Source: Octopus vulgaris
Taxonomy: Eukaryota
Assembly (NCBI GenBank): GCA_951406725.2
Contig: OX597833.1
Coordinates: 67,084,001 to 67,148,000, forward strand
DNA length: 64,000 bases
Direction: 5' to 3'
The notes under the pieces were generated by a model that did no database searches, was not told the origin of the DNA, and worked only from the letters and a program-made list of their open reading frames with translations. Shown here in pieces: positions 43,659-56,884 of this stretch (position 1 is its first letter; each line of letters starts with the position of its first letter). The position numbers were made by a program, and so were the translations under genes.

Positions 43659-44085
43659 ATAGGTACAGATGTGGCTGTTTAGTTAAGAAACTATCTTCCA
43701 AACCATGTAGTGTAGGTTTCAGTGCCGCTGCGTGGCACCTTTGGTAAGCGCCTTCTACTGCAGCCGCGGGTTGATGAAAAACTTGTGAGTGAATTTGTAT
43801 GTACGTGTGTGTGAGAGTGTGTGTATGTGTGTATATGGGTGCACGTGTGCGTGCTCGTGTCTGTGTGCGTGTGTTTGTGGTAGTGTGTATCCCACACAAC
43901 CATTTGATAACCAGTTTGGTTTCTTTATCTCACCGTACCTCAGCGGTTCAGAAAAAAAAAAAAACAGAAATGATAGAACAAACACCAGGCTTTAAAATTA
44001 TATACGGCAATGGATTTGTTCGAGTAAGCAATTGAAAACGATGTCCTAGCATGGTAGCTGTCCAGTGACAAAACGAAGTAAATGA
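43659..44085 (+). mobile_element. SINE family A, degenerate
   Basis: ctgcgtggcacctttgg, cttgtgagtg and agcggttc landmarks. Confidence 0.65.
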
Positions 44086-44727
44086 CATCAGATAGTCAGT
44101 CTACCTTATACACAATGATATAAAATCTCTCTTTCCAGGCGTAAATCTAGAGAGCGTAACCTGAGGCTAAACATGACAGCCATTTTGTAATAGTGAGTCA
44201 GACAATGTCACAAAGAGTCTTGTCTAACACGATTTAGCTATTATTTTCCCCACGTTATGGAAACTGACTTTATTTTTCTTTAGATTAAACATAATGAAAT
44301 CCTTCAAGAAGACGGGAAGTAAAATGCTGAAATGATCTATAAAAATTCGATTTACTTCGATATCATTCACCAGTTTTTATCCTATTGTCGCATGAATTTC
44401 TACTTTTCTTTTTTTCCCAAAATTTTATCTAATGATATTTCGGAGATATCTTAATATTATAATATTATTGGCAGCTTAGAATAACATTGGAATCTGACAA
44501 TTTCTTCCTTACTTGCAGGATTATAGCAGATAACCACGTTATGACGTTATCTGCACAATAGATGTTTTATTTTATAATTTAGATACCAAGCCTATGTGTG
44601 TAAGTGTGCGTGTGAGTGTGTGAGCGTGTGTGTGTTTGTGTGTGTAAGTGTACGCACGTGACTTTGTGTGAGTGGTGATATATGCATTTATCTACGAATT
44701 TATATATATATATATTTATATACATAC

Positions 44728-44813
<86 letters not shown>

Positions 44814-45074
44814 ATACATATATATATATACATATATAAAATGGTAGATAAATGCATATATGGTATTAATGAATAAATAGTTGTATGTGAACAGATGCAC
44901 ACGCAAGCATACACACACAGCTATGTTGTTATGCAAATACGTTACTGTCTATATGTAGGTTGATATAACGGATACCTTTGTAATATATATATATATATAT
45001 ATATATTATATTTGCATAAAGTGTATATATATACACATACACACAGACATATGTATATATAAATATACATACAC

Positions 45075-45114
<40 letters not shown>

Positions 45115-45187
45115 TGGATAGATAGATAGGTAGATGGATAGATAGATATACATAGACACTCACATATATACATACTTATACATACAA

Positions 45188-45225
<38 letters not shown>

Positions 45226-45414
45226 TTGTGTGCGTGTGTGTATGTACATTTTGGTTGTTTGCTATTTGGCTGCAACAACGGTCAAGAGGCCGAGAAACAT
45301 TACTAGCGATTCATCTCAATGTGTCAGCAGGATGTTGCATCATACAAATAAAACTAAATGTAAAACTAGACACACACACATACAAGCGTATATATACCTT
45401 TCTCTCTATCACTT

Positions 45415-45451
<37 letters not shown>

Positions 45452-45479
45452 TGTTATTTTCTTCTTCTCGAGCCACGCC

Positions 45480-45745
45480 TGGTTCATAGGGCCGGTTTCC
45501 CGGTTTCCTTGGCGTAGAGGTTCCCAACCTGGACGGAACGCCGGTCCGTCGCAGGTGAGCTGCAAGATACAGGAGAGTCAGAGAAAGTTGTGGCGAAAGA
45601 GTCAGCAGAAGATCTCCATTACCTTCTGCCGGAGCCGCGTGGAACTCAGGTGTTTCGCTCATAAACGCATATATCGCCCGGTCTGAAATTCGTACCCGCG
45701 ATCCCTCGACTGCAAATCCGCTGCTCTAACCACCAGGCCATGCGA
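45480..45745 (-). mobile_element. SINE family C-related copy (head region)
   Basis: tggcctggtggttagagcagcgga head; ggtgtttcgctcataaac shared with the region near 52005. Confidence 0.7.
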
Positions 45746-46269
45746 TGGTGGGGAGACAAATACACACACACAAACATATGGATTCACATACGCAGCTTCC
45801 GTCTCCCAAAACCGTTCAGAATGTTTTGGTCGGCCCGAGGCTATAATAGAAGAGACGTACCTAAGAAGAATACAAGATCAATTCGTGAGTTTTTTAAAAG
45901 TACCCGTTCTTACAGTGGCCTACTGGCACCAACACCAGCAATTCCAGCAATTCGCACCAAATCCAACTGGAAAGGAAGACAAACGCAAAAGCCCACGATT
46001 CACTACTGCGAATTTCCTCGGCCATAAATGTAATCGCTCTATTTGTATGTGTCAAATGTTCGCGTTGTTGTTTCGATGGGTGTCCTGATGACGCCCATTG
46101 AAACAAAGAGAAATGTCCAATATGATTCTTTTGTATTCTGCAAATCAGTGAGAATTTTTTTTCTCTCCATAATAGCATGTCAGTTTTTAGAAAGACAAAA
46201 ACAAATTAATCTCAGCGCCATTTTTTCTGTTTACGCTGTAAACAGTTCGGTCAAACCGACAAACACGAT

Positions 46270-46488
46270 TCTTCTTATTCTTCTTTTTCTTGTTGTTGTT
46301 GTTATTGTTATTGTTTTTCTTCTTCTTCTTCTTCTTCTTCTTCTTCTTCTTCTTCTTCTTCTTCTTCGTCTTCTTCTTCTCATCCTCCTTCGCCTCATTC
46401 TCCTCCTCCCCTCTTCCTCCTCCACCTTCTCCTCCTCCCCCTTTCCCTTCTCCTCATCCACGATCTCCTGCTACCCCATCCTCACCTC

Positions 46489-46520
<32 letters not shown>

Positions 46521-46681
46521 CTCCTTCTTCTCCTTCTTCTTCTCATCCTCCTTCGCCTCATTATCCTCCCCTCTTCCCCCCTCTTCTCCTCCACCCCTTT
46601 CCTCCTCCTCCACCCCTCCTCCTTCCCCTTTCCTCCTCCTCATCCATGATCTCCTCCTACCCTAGCCCCAGCCCCACCTCA

Positions 46682-46712
<31 letters not shown>

Positions 46713-46767
46713 CTTCTTCTTCTTCTTCTTCTTCTTCTTCTTCTTCTTCTTCTTCTTCTTCTTCTTC
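46270..46767. repeat. (CTT)n/(CCT)n tract with an internal duplication (46379 and 46542)
   Basis: ctcatcctccttcgcctcatt occurs twice. Confidence 0.9.
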
Positions 46768-47558
46768 GCGGCGTCGATACAAAAAATGTAGCAGTAGAGA
46801 CTTCAATTCCATGTAAGCAACTTACCCGACATCCCCAACTCCAGAAATTGTTGGAATTGTGCCAAATTTTCAAACGATTCTAATTCTTATCAATTGTATC
46901 GAGTCGACGCAGAAAACCAGTAATTATGAGCGAAGGCAAACAGTGATTCCATTAGACCGGTGTACTTTTCTTTCATCTGCGATGAACCCCCAAATCAAAT
47001 CCGTCTACATTTCAATCCAGGACATAGAAATAGAAGAGATAGAGCAAGGATTTTTGCTTGGAGCAATTCTAAAATTAACGTTGATTGCGCCGTGAAGATT
47101 CACCTGACAGGTTACGAAACCAGGTGGAATTTTCTGTTGGGCGAATGTTAATATCCCATTAATACGGCTTTTATGATATATTTCATTCTTCTCAAGTACT
47201 GAGACCCAACTTCAAAAAACGTTTTGTTAATTTTCTCAAATTTTAAATATATTACACCTCTCCATCCATGTATGTATATATGTATGTATATATGTATGTA
47301 TGTATGAATGTATGTATGTATGTATGTATGTATGTATGAATGTATGTATGTATGTATGTATGTATGTATGTATGTATCTATCTATCTGTCTGTCTGTCTA
47401 TCTGCCTGTCTCTCTGCCTGTCTGTCTATCTATCTGTCTCTCTATCTGTCTGTCTGTCTGTCATCTATCTCTATGTCTGCCTGTCAGTCTGTCTATCTTT
47501 CCATCCATCCATCCATCCATTCATCCATCCATCCATCCATCCATCCATCCATCCATCC

Positions 47559-47652
<94 letters not shown>

Positions 47653-47653
47653 A

Positions 47654-47716
<63 letters not shown>

Positions 47717-47790
47717 CTTTCTATATAATCATCCGTGAGTACGCGTATATTTATCTAGGTATATATATAGGTATATACATATATATATAC

Positions 47791-47834
<44 letters not shown>

Positions 47835-47847
47835 TTGTATTCCATAT

Positions 47848-47882
<35 letters not shown>

Positions 47883-47921
47883 CACACTACCTGTCTTCGT
47901 CTTTTCTTTCGTAAACTCTCG

Positions 47922-47976
<55 letters not shown>

Positions 47977-48658
47977 GTGTGTATATATATATGCATAATC
48001 GTATATGTGTGTGTGTGTGTGTGTGTAAGTGTGAATCTGTGAAGTACTTATTTATCTTTTACTTTTAATGCAATAATTAGGTAATTACAAATTATTGAAA
48101 TAATGTAATAAATATTTCATTTCGTTAATATAAAATAGTCCGTTAAGTGTCTATCGATTGATTTCGGCAGATTTGAGCTATCAATTATTTTATTGGTAAA
48201 GTTGGAGCTTATATCGTACAGAGATATCACACACAAACACATACACACTCAGACGCGCGCGCACACACACACAAGCACATGCACACATACATATGTACAT
48301 ATATATAAATGTGCATACACACAAAAATACATAGACGTATATACATACAAGCACACACATATACATACATATATGTATATATATACGCGCACTCCCCGTA
48401 TATATGTGCATGCATACGTGCATATATATATATATGTAAACATATATGTTTATATAGTTATGACTATATGTTATACACAAACACTCACACACACAGAAAC
48501 ACACACACATATATTTAATTCTCCATGCTCCTCTATCTATCTATCTATCTATCTATCGATATATATATACAGACATACATGCATATATACATATATATAT
48601 ATATATATATGTCTATAGCTATACGCACACACACACATACATATATTTATATATATAT

Positions 48659-48708
<50 letters not shown>

Positions 48709-49254
48709 TATGCATATATATATATATATATATACATATACATGTATATATATATATATTTATATATATGTATGTATATATATATATACACATACACACA
48801 CACGCACACAGATATCTATCTATCTATCTATCTATCTCTATCTCTCTATGTATATATATATATATATATATATAGGTTTAAGTAATTGAGATTCAAGTGA
48901 ATTCAAATGAATTCACATGAATATGGTCCTTAACTAGGATGCACCGAAAATCTATTTGTAATTTTCCTATATATATATATATATATATATACATGTACGC
49001 GCACCTGCGGGTGTGTAGGTGAGATGCTTGGTTTCCAACCATACGATCACCGTCTCAGTCGCATTTGCGCTATCTTTTGCGCTCTCACTTGAGTTCTGTT
49101 ATAGCCCTCGCTGGACGGAAACTGAAAGAATCCCACCATGCCTTTTCCACCGATACTGTATTTACTTCTTCTCCTTCTGTTCTCGCTGTTCACGTGATTA
49201 ATTTTTACCGAGGCTCATGTGTTACTCTCATTTCTTCTTTTTCTTCTTTTTCAT

Positions 49255-49622
49255 CTTTTACTTTTTCAGTCACGTGACTGCGGCCATGCTGTAATACCAT
49301 CTTATTCTTTGTAAACCTAGTACTTATTCTATCGCTCACGTTTGTCGAACCTCTAAGTGACCAGAACGTTAACACACCAACATCTGTTGTCAAGAGATGT
49401 TGGGGTGTAGGACAAACACCGACACACACATATATGTATATATATATATATATATATACGACGGGCTTCTTTCAGTTTCCGTCTACCAAATCCACGCACA
49501 AGGCTTTGGTCGGCCCGAGGTTATCGTAGTAGACACTTGCCTAAGGTGAACGCAGTGGGACTGAACCCGGAAGAGTGTGGTTGGGAAGCAAGCCTCTTAC
49601 CACACAGCCACTCCTGCGCCTA
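49255..49622 (-). mobile_element. SINE family A
   Basis: Reverse complement of family A. Confidence 0.88.
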
Positions 49623-49870
49623 TGTTCAAGGATATTTTGACTACGTATCCCCCTGTGTCGGCACTAACCCCTTCTTATAGTACACATTTTCACAGAGTAT
49701 CGCAAATCATAAATCACTGCCCTTCTGTTTTTTTTTTTTAAAAACGCTAAAATTTTCAGCCATGCAAAACTAACATCAAACACAGATTCCTCCGTTAGAG
49801 AGAAGAAAGGCTACGGGCCTTCAACTCTTGGTTCGTTGCTATTACAAGTACACACACACACTTATACACA

Positions 49871-50133
49871 TTTCTTTACTACCCACAAAGGGCTAAACAC
49901 AGAGGGGACAAACAAGGACAGACAAAGGGCTAAACACAGAGGGGACAAACAAGGACAGACAAAGGGATTAAGTCGATTACATAGACCCCAGTGCGAAACT
50001 GGTACTTAATTTATCGACCCCGAAAGGATGAAAGGCAAAGTCGACCTCGGCGGAATTTGAACTCAGAACGTAACGGCAGACGAAATACGGCTACGCATTT
50101 CGCCCGGCGTGCTAACGTTTCTGCCAGCTCGCC
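49871..50133 (-). mobile_element. SINE family B with a short internal duplication
   Basis: aaagggctaaacacagaggggacaaacaaggacagac occurs twice. Confidence 0.88.
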
Positions 50134-50261
50134 ACACACACACACATATACAGACACATACATCATACACGTGCATATAAACACGCAGGCAGACACAATT
50201 AACATGAATGATGAACAGAACGTACGAGAACTCGAATAACAAAGACTCATGCATACAAACG

Positions 50262-50460
50262 GGGACGCCCAATGGCGCAGTGCTTAGGGCAGAGGACTCG
50301 CGGTCGGAGGATCACAGTTTCGATTCTCAGTCCAGGCGTTGTGTATGTTTATTGAGCGAAAACACCTAAAAGCTCCACGTGGCTCCGGCAGGAGGGGGGT
50401 GGCGACCCCTGTTGTACTAATTCGCCCCAAATGTCTCTCACTCTTTCTTCCTGTTTCTTG
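50262..50460 (+). mobile_element. SINE family C, 5' half
   Basis: tggcgcagtgcttagggcag (A box) and gtttcgattctc (B box). Confidence 0.8.
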
Positions 50461-51729
50461 TCCCCAACCTACTACGCAACCGCTGAGTCAGTAACTATAT
50501 TTTAAATTCTGAAAATATTTTAAATATTTTTATTGGTTCCTTTCGCCGTACCAGTAAGTTGCGTGACATAAACAAACCGACACCGTTCGTCAAGTGGTGG
50601 TGGGTGACAAATACAAACACAAATCCGAACACACACACACACACATACATATATACATATATACATATAGAACGGGCTCCAACACAATTTACGTGGCTCA
50701 AATTCACTCACTAGGTACTGGTCGGCCCTGGGTTATAACAGAAGACATTCAACCAAAGTGCCACGCAATGGGACTGAACCTGAAACCACATAATTAAAAA
50801 TGCTAGTGTCTTAACCACCATCCTTGTGTTCTTTGCAATACCGTAGACTTTTCTTGCCAGGGACGCCGGAGTCTATTGACCAAATAAAAATATTATCTAA
50901 CCATCTCATCCTATATTTATTTCCGATGTAGCATATTTAGTTAGAATATTGCACTGCTTCTTTTAAGATGATACGAAAAACAATTGATGAAAATAGCTGT
51001 TACTTCTAGCAAATAAATCAACCATATAGAGATGCACTTGATGGCTTGCACTGAGCCATCTTGTCTTACCTGTTAAAAGACGCCATGAATTGCTTTTCTG
51101 GCGCTATTAATCTACATCTTTTCTTTGCTATTCGTTTGTAACTCCGTTGCTAATAGCAAGCAATCCATACTTACATGCTTACATCAATAATAATAAATAT
51201 ATTTCCTTAACTATAATGGCATAACAAAACGTATGATAAATTGTTGTTTCTTTTTTGAATCCTTATTTTATATACAGTCGAACACTGGAACCTGATTACT
51301 AAACTGGATGCAATCATAATAAAAATCTACTTTCAACAAAAAAACGATGCGTAACACGACTTTATTACCGGATAAAATATCCTGTCATTAAGTTGTACAC
51401 GTGTTACCTGAGATAATATTCACAGAGCTAATTGCATGGGTTGTTAGGAAAGTCATAATTGCATTGTTAATTATCAGATTTCAAAAATACCTAGAAGAAA
51501 AACCAAAAAAAAAAAAATTTGGTCGTATAGGAAAGAAGTCTAGTTCATACCTATCAGGTTCGGAGTTCGATCCAGATACGAAGAGCATAAGTTTTTAAGA
51601 ATTGTTTCTAACATTCCTTTGAAATGTTCAAAGACGATTGAATACTGGATAATATTTAGGGCAGAATGGCCCTTGGCTGCATGGACAAATGCACTCAACC
51701 ACCATATGTATATATGTATGTGAGTGGAA

Positions 51730-52109
51730 GTACTCCGTCGGTTACGACGACGAGGGTTCCGGTTGATCCGAATCAACGGAACAGCCTGCTCGTGAAATTA
51801 ACGTGTAAGTGGCTGAGCACTCCGCAGACACGTGTACCCTTAACGTAGTTCTCGGGGATATAATCAGCGTGACACAGAGAGTGACAAGGCCGGCCCCTTG
51901 AAATACAGGTACAACAGAAACAGGAAGTAAGAGTGAGAGAAAGTTGTGGTGAAAGAGTACAGCAGGGATCACCACCATCCCCTGCCGGAGCCTCGTGGAG
52001 CTATAGGTGTTTTCGCTCAATAAACACTCACAACGCCCGGTCTGGGATTCGAAACCGCGATCCTATGACCGCGAGTCCGCTGCCCTAACCACTGGGTCAT
52101 TGCGCCTCC
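51730..52109 (-). mobile_element. tRNA-derived SINE family C, full length
   Basis: ggaggcgcaatgacccagtggttagggcagcggactcgcggtc...ggtttcgaatccc head; body shared with 8440, 36515 and 56290. Confidence 0.88.
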
Positions 52110-52263
52110 ACATATGTAGATAATATGGTACAAATATATTGGATGCGTTGTAACTGTTCATACATTTGTTCTTCTAACGCTGCCGCTGTCCCCCCGACGC
52201 ATTGCCTATGGCCTTCACTTATTGAAGGGGATTCAGCATCTTGCGCTGAACTTCTTAATTATT

Positions 52264-52669
52264 ATTTCTTTATTGCCCACAAGGGGCTATACGTAGAGAA
52301 GACAAACACGGACAGACAAAGGGATTAAGTCGATTACATCGACTCCAGTGCGCAACTGGTACTTAATTTATCGACCGCCAAAAGGATGAAAGGCAAAGTC
52401 GACCTCGGCGGAATTTGAACTCAGAACGTAGCGGCAGACGAAATACCTATTTCTTTACTACCCACAAGGGGCTAAACACAGAGAGGACAAACAAGGACAG
52501 ACAAACGAATTAAGTCGATTATATCGACCCCAATGCGTAACTGGTACTTATTTAATCGACCCTGAAAGGTGAAAGGCAAAGTCAACCTCGGTGGAATTTG
52601 AACTCAGAACGTAACGGCAGACGAAATACCGTTTCGCCCGGCGTGCTAACGTTTCTGCCAGCTTGCCGC
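52264..52669 (-). mobile_element. SINE family B, dimeric copy
   Basis: Two tandem units. Confidence 0.88.
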
Positions 52670-53005
52670 TTCGGGTACTGGTAGGATTGTTGCAAGGAAT
52701 GAGTTACTGAGCTTGAGAGTGATTATTGGACAGGGAAAGCTATGTGTAACTGTTGCGCCGGTGTAAGTGAAAAGGTGATGCATAAGAACACGACCCTGAC
52801 TTCACCGGATTTTGATAAAAGAAAATGCGGAAGGATCAGTTAATTATGATTTTATTCACCATATTCCCTCTCACAGTCGTACACTTATAGAGCGGTCCTT
52901 CAGTTTTTATAAGACCTGTAAAAGAACACGGAAGTTTGGGCCTCCAACTATCATAAAATAAGAAATTATTCGTACCGTATAAACAAAAAGAGACACCGTT
53001 TGAGA

Positions 53006-53420
53006 TGTGGCTGTGTGGTAAGTAGCTTGCTAACCAACCACATGGTTCCGGGTTCAGTCCCACTGCGTGGCATCTTGGGCAAGTGTCTTCTGCTATAGCC
53101 CCGGGCCGACCAATGCCTTGTGAGTGGATTTGGTAGACGGAAACTGAAAGAAGCCTGTCGTATATATGTATATATATAAATATATGTGTGTGTTTGTGTA
53201 TCTGTGTTTGTCCCCCTAGCATTGCTTGAAAACCGATGCTGGTGTGTTTACGTCCCCGTCACTTAGCGGTTCGGCAAAAGAGACCGATAGAATAAGTACT
53301 GGGCTTACAAAGAATAAGTCCCCGGGGTCGATTTGCTCGACTAAAGGCGGTGCTCCAGGCATGGCCGCAGTCAAATGACTGAAACAAGTAAACGAGTAAA
53401 AGAGTAAAAGAGTAAAAGAG
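53006..53420 (+). mobile_element. SINE family A
   Basis: Match to family A; (GAGTAAAA)n tail. Confidence 0.92.
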
Positions 53421-53906
53421 CTGAGTGCACCGCATAAAGATGGGCTAACATAAGCGGATTGGATTCCTTTTAAGGGCCAGTGTCGCCGATGAAGACATCT
53501 GGGGAATTTCTACTTACATTGTGAGTAAGAAATAGATGGAATTCCGTTCGCATGTCAGAAACTCGCTGCAACATTTCCGAGATATTATATACTTAAATTG
53601 TCCTCAATATTCTTTCCATAATTGGTTTTCTACATATCTATGTCTCTATGCGTGATTTATGGGGCATTTTGCATTAGCACTCTGCTCATTTTTAATGTTG
53701 CGTGATCTGACTAATTTAAATAATCATATTTACGTCGGAATGTATTTGAATTTGCGACTTGAGAATATATCTTCATCTCTCTTTCTCACGCATTTTCCCT
53801 CTTCCACTCTTTCTGCTTGTGTGTATACATACACTGACGTAAACACATACGCACGCGCATGTACACACACACATGCATATGTAACTAAGTACACACACAC
53901 ATATAT

Positions 53907-53947
<41 letters not shown>

Positions 53948-54017
53948 TATATAAATATAAGTAGAAGCAAAAATATTAAAAACTGTAAATAGGTATATGT
54001 AAATGTACATATGTATG

Positions 54018-54063
<46 letters not shown>

Positions 54064-55002
54064 CGTGTGTGTGTGTATTGTGTGTATATATATATATATG
54101 AATGTATATACATATATATATGATTATATATGTATACACCTACACACACAGCACATACATACAATCACCACATTCACATACATACATACATATATACGCA
54201 CATATTCCCGCACCTACACACACATCATAGCGTTTCTCTATTCGGGCACCTTAAAAATTTCGATTCATGTGTCTGTGTGCGTATGTTTACACATGCACAT
54301 ATATACATATGTACACACGCATACACATATATACCTTAACATATATCCATGTATATACAAATACACACGCACACACACACACACATACACACGCGTACAC
54401 ATCTCCCTGCGCTCACATATATGAATAAATATATGTTATTTTCATACATACTCATAGGCATTCTTACATAGGCATACGCAGTAAGATACATGCATGCACT
54501 AACACACGTGTGTCCATGTGGTGTGTATATTCATGGTGTGTGTATATACATGGTGTATGTTCATAGTCTTTGTGTATATCCATGGTGTATACGTATGCTC
54601 ATATTATATACTTGTGTGTGTTCGTGTATGTATATCTCTGTTTGTCGTGTGTATATCTTTGTTTGTCGTGTGTTTATCTCTGTTTACGTTTACTTACACT
54701 ATAATCAATGATTTGCAGTCTTCCATTATCACACTACATAAATCTATCAAACGACCATTTCTGAGAATGCTCTAATGTCAGTGGAAATGAAGGAAGGAAG
54801 GAAGACATCTGCTGGTTCGGAGTACTTTTTTTTTATGATGTACGCTTCTATAGTAATTATTTTGTGATGACTTTCTGAGAAAACCCTTTTTCTCTGACAG
54901 AAAGTAGCAAACGCAAAAACACACGCACACACATACTTATAAATATGTGTGTGTATATGTATATATATATATAAGTATATATATATACATACATATATAT
55001 AT

Positions 55003-55108
<106 letters not shown>

Positions 55109-55634
55109 GTATATAATAGGCATATGTATATGGACATGGAATGTGTTTATGTATATATTTTTATGTATATACATATATAGTCACGTATTTTGAAAACGCA
55201 TGCATAGAAACAAACGCATATATATATATATATACATGTGCTCACACATTCATGTATGTATATCTCTATGTAAATATATATATATATTATATATATTTAT
55301 ATATGGTGTGTGTAGGCGTGTGTGTATACACACACACGCACGCACTTGTATATACTTTTTTAAAATAAATTCGCATGATATGTTATAAAATAGTCTTCTT
55401 TTCATAGAATTGACTGTAAGCTAGTATTTAATTAAATATTGATTGAGATAGAAAGACAAATAGATAGACAGATATATATGACACACACACACACACATAT
55501 ATGGATATATATATATATATCTTTAAATCCTTAAAAATGTTTTAGCCCGAAGGCCGCGGCCATTCTGGGGCACCATAGTTTTATACATACACACATGCAC
55601 AAACAAATAGATAGATAGACAGAGAGAACGACAG

Positions 55635-55699
<65 letters not shown>

Positions 55700-55801
55700 T
55701 AGATAGATAGATAGATAGATAGACAGATAGATAGATATATATATATATAGATAGATAGATAGATAGATAGATACATAGATAGACAGACAGACAGATATAT
55801 A

Positions 55802-55861
<60 letters not shown>

Positions 55862-55882
55862 TATATATATATATATATATAT

Positions 55883-55931
<49 letters not shown>

Positions 55932-56289
55932 CAGACAGACAAATAGAAAGAGAGAAACTGAGAGATGACTGCGCAGGAGAAAACGATAGGGATATAGGTG
56001 CAGTAACCCGGATTAATGGATTATCAACTAAGGTGTTTGTCAAATAAAATAGGAGATATTATCTTCCATAACTGGTTTTAGAATTAACGATCGAATCTGT
56101 TTTTATAATTACATTCAGCTGTTGAGAAAAAAGAAGAATTATCAAATCAATGCAGACGAATGTATCGGTATATTTGGAAGGGTGATGTAGTGGTTCTGAT
56201 CCATCACCGGGTAGGAAACGCTATCATCGAGGAGGTTGTTGTTATTTTCTTGCTTGTTGCCAGGTCAAACATGATACAGCAAAATTACC

Positions 56290-56600
56290 CGGCACTGCGT
56301 CGGCTGCGACGACGAGGGATCCCGGTTCGTCTGATCAACGGAATAGTCTGCTCGTGAAATTTACGTGCAAGTGGCTGAGCACTCCACAGACACACGTATC
56401 CTTAACTTTGTTCCCAGCGACATTCAGCGTGACACTGAATGTGACAAGGCTGGTCCTTTGGAATATAGGTACCACTCATTCTTGTCAGCTGGAGTAACGT
56501 GAAATAAAGTGTCTAGAGCAAGGGCATAATGCACCGCTGAAAGTCGAACTCACGATGTTAAGATTATGAGCCGAATATCTTCACGAAGCTACGCACCTTC
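56290..56600 (-). mobile_element. SINE family C, diverged
   Basis: cgacgacgagggatcccgg...gatcaacggaatagtctgctcgtgaaatt. Confidence 0.75.
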
Positions 56601-56707
56601 ACATGAAACAAAATGAGATAAAACACTGTGTAAGCTTGGCAATTCCATGCTATGGGCTAAGAACCATGAAGAACGCTATCAATTGTGTTTTGTACTAAAG
56701 ATTATTT

Positions 56708-56884
56708 GCCAACGTAAATTGGCAGTCCTGGTTGAGGACGAATCTTGCTGTAATTTAGCCTCAGGAGACATCGTCTGCAGCTGGCTATACGACACGATCT
56801 GTGTATAGCCCTCCGGAGACGATGTTTCCTGGGGCTAAATACAGCAACATTCGTCCTAAGCCAGGACTGCCATGTTATGTTGGC
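56708..56884. repeat. Imperfect ~177-nt hairpin built from two head-to-head fragments related to the retrozyme-like family
   Basis: tggcagtcctgg/ccaggactgcca, aggacgaat/attcgtcct, atttagcc/ggctaaat, acatcgtct/agacgatgt, ggctata/tatagcc. Confidence 0.85.

Noticed and set aside
46071-46105. CTGATGA...GAAAC motif within a 15-bp hairpin
   Set aside because: No stem II can form between the core halves, and no NUH plus stem I follows
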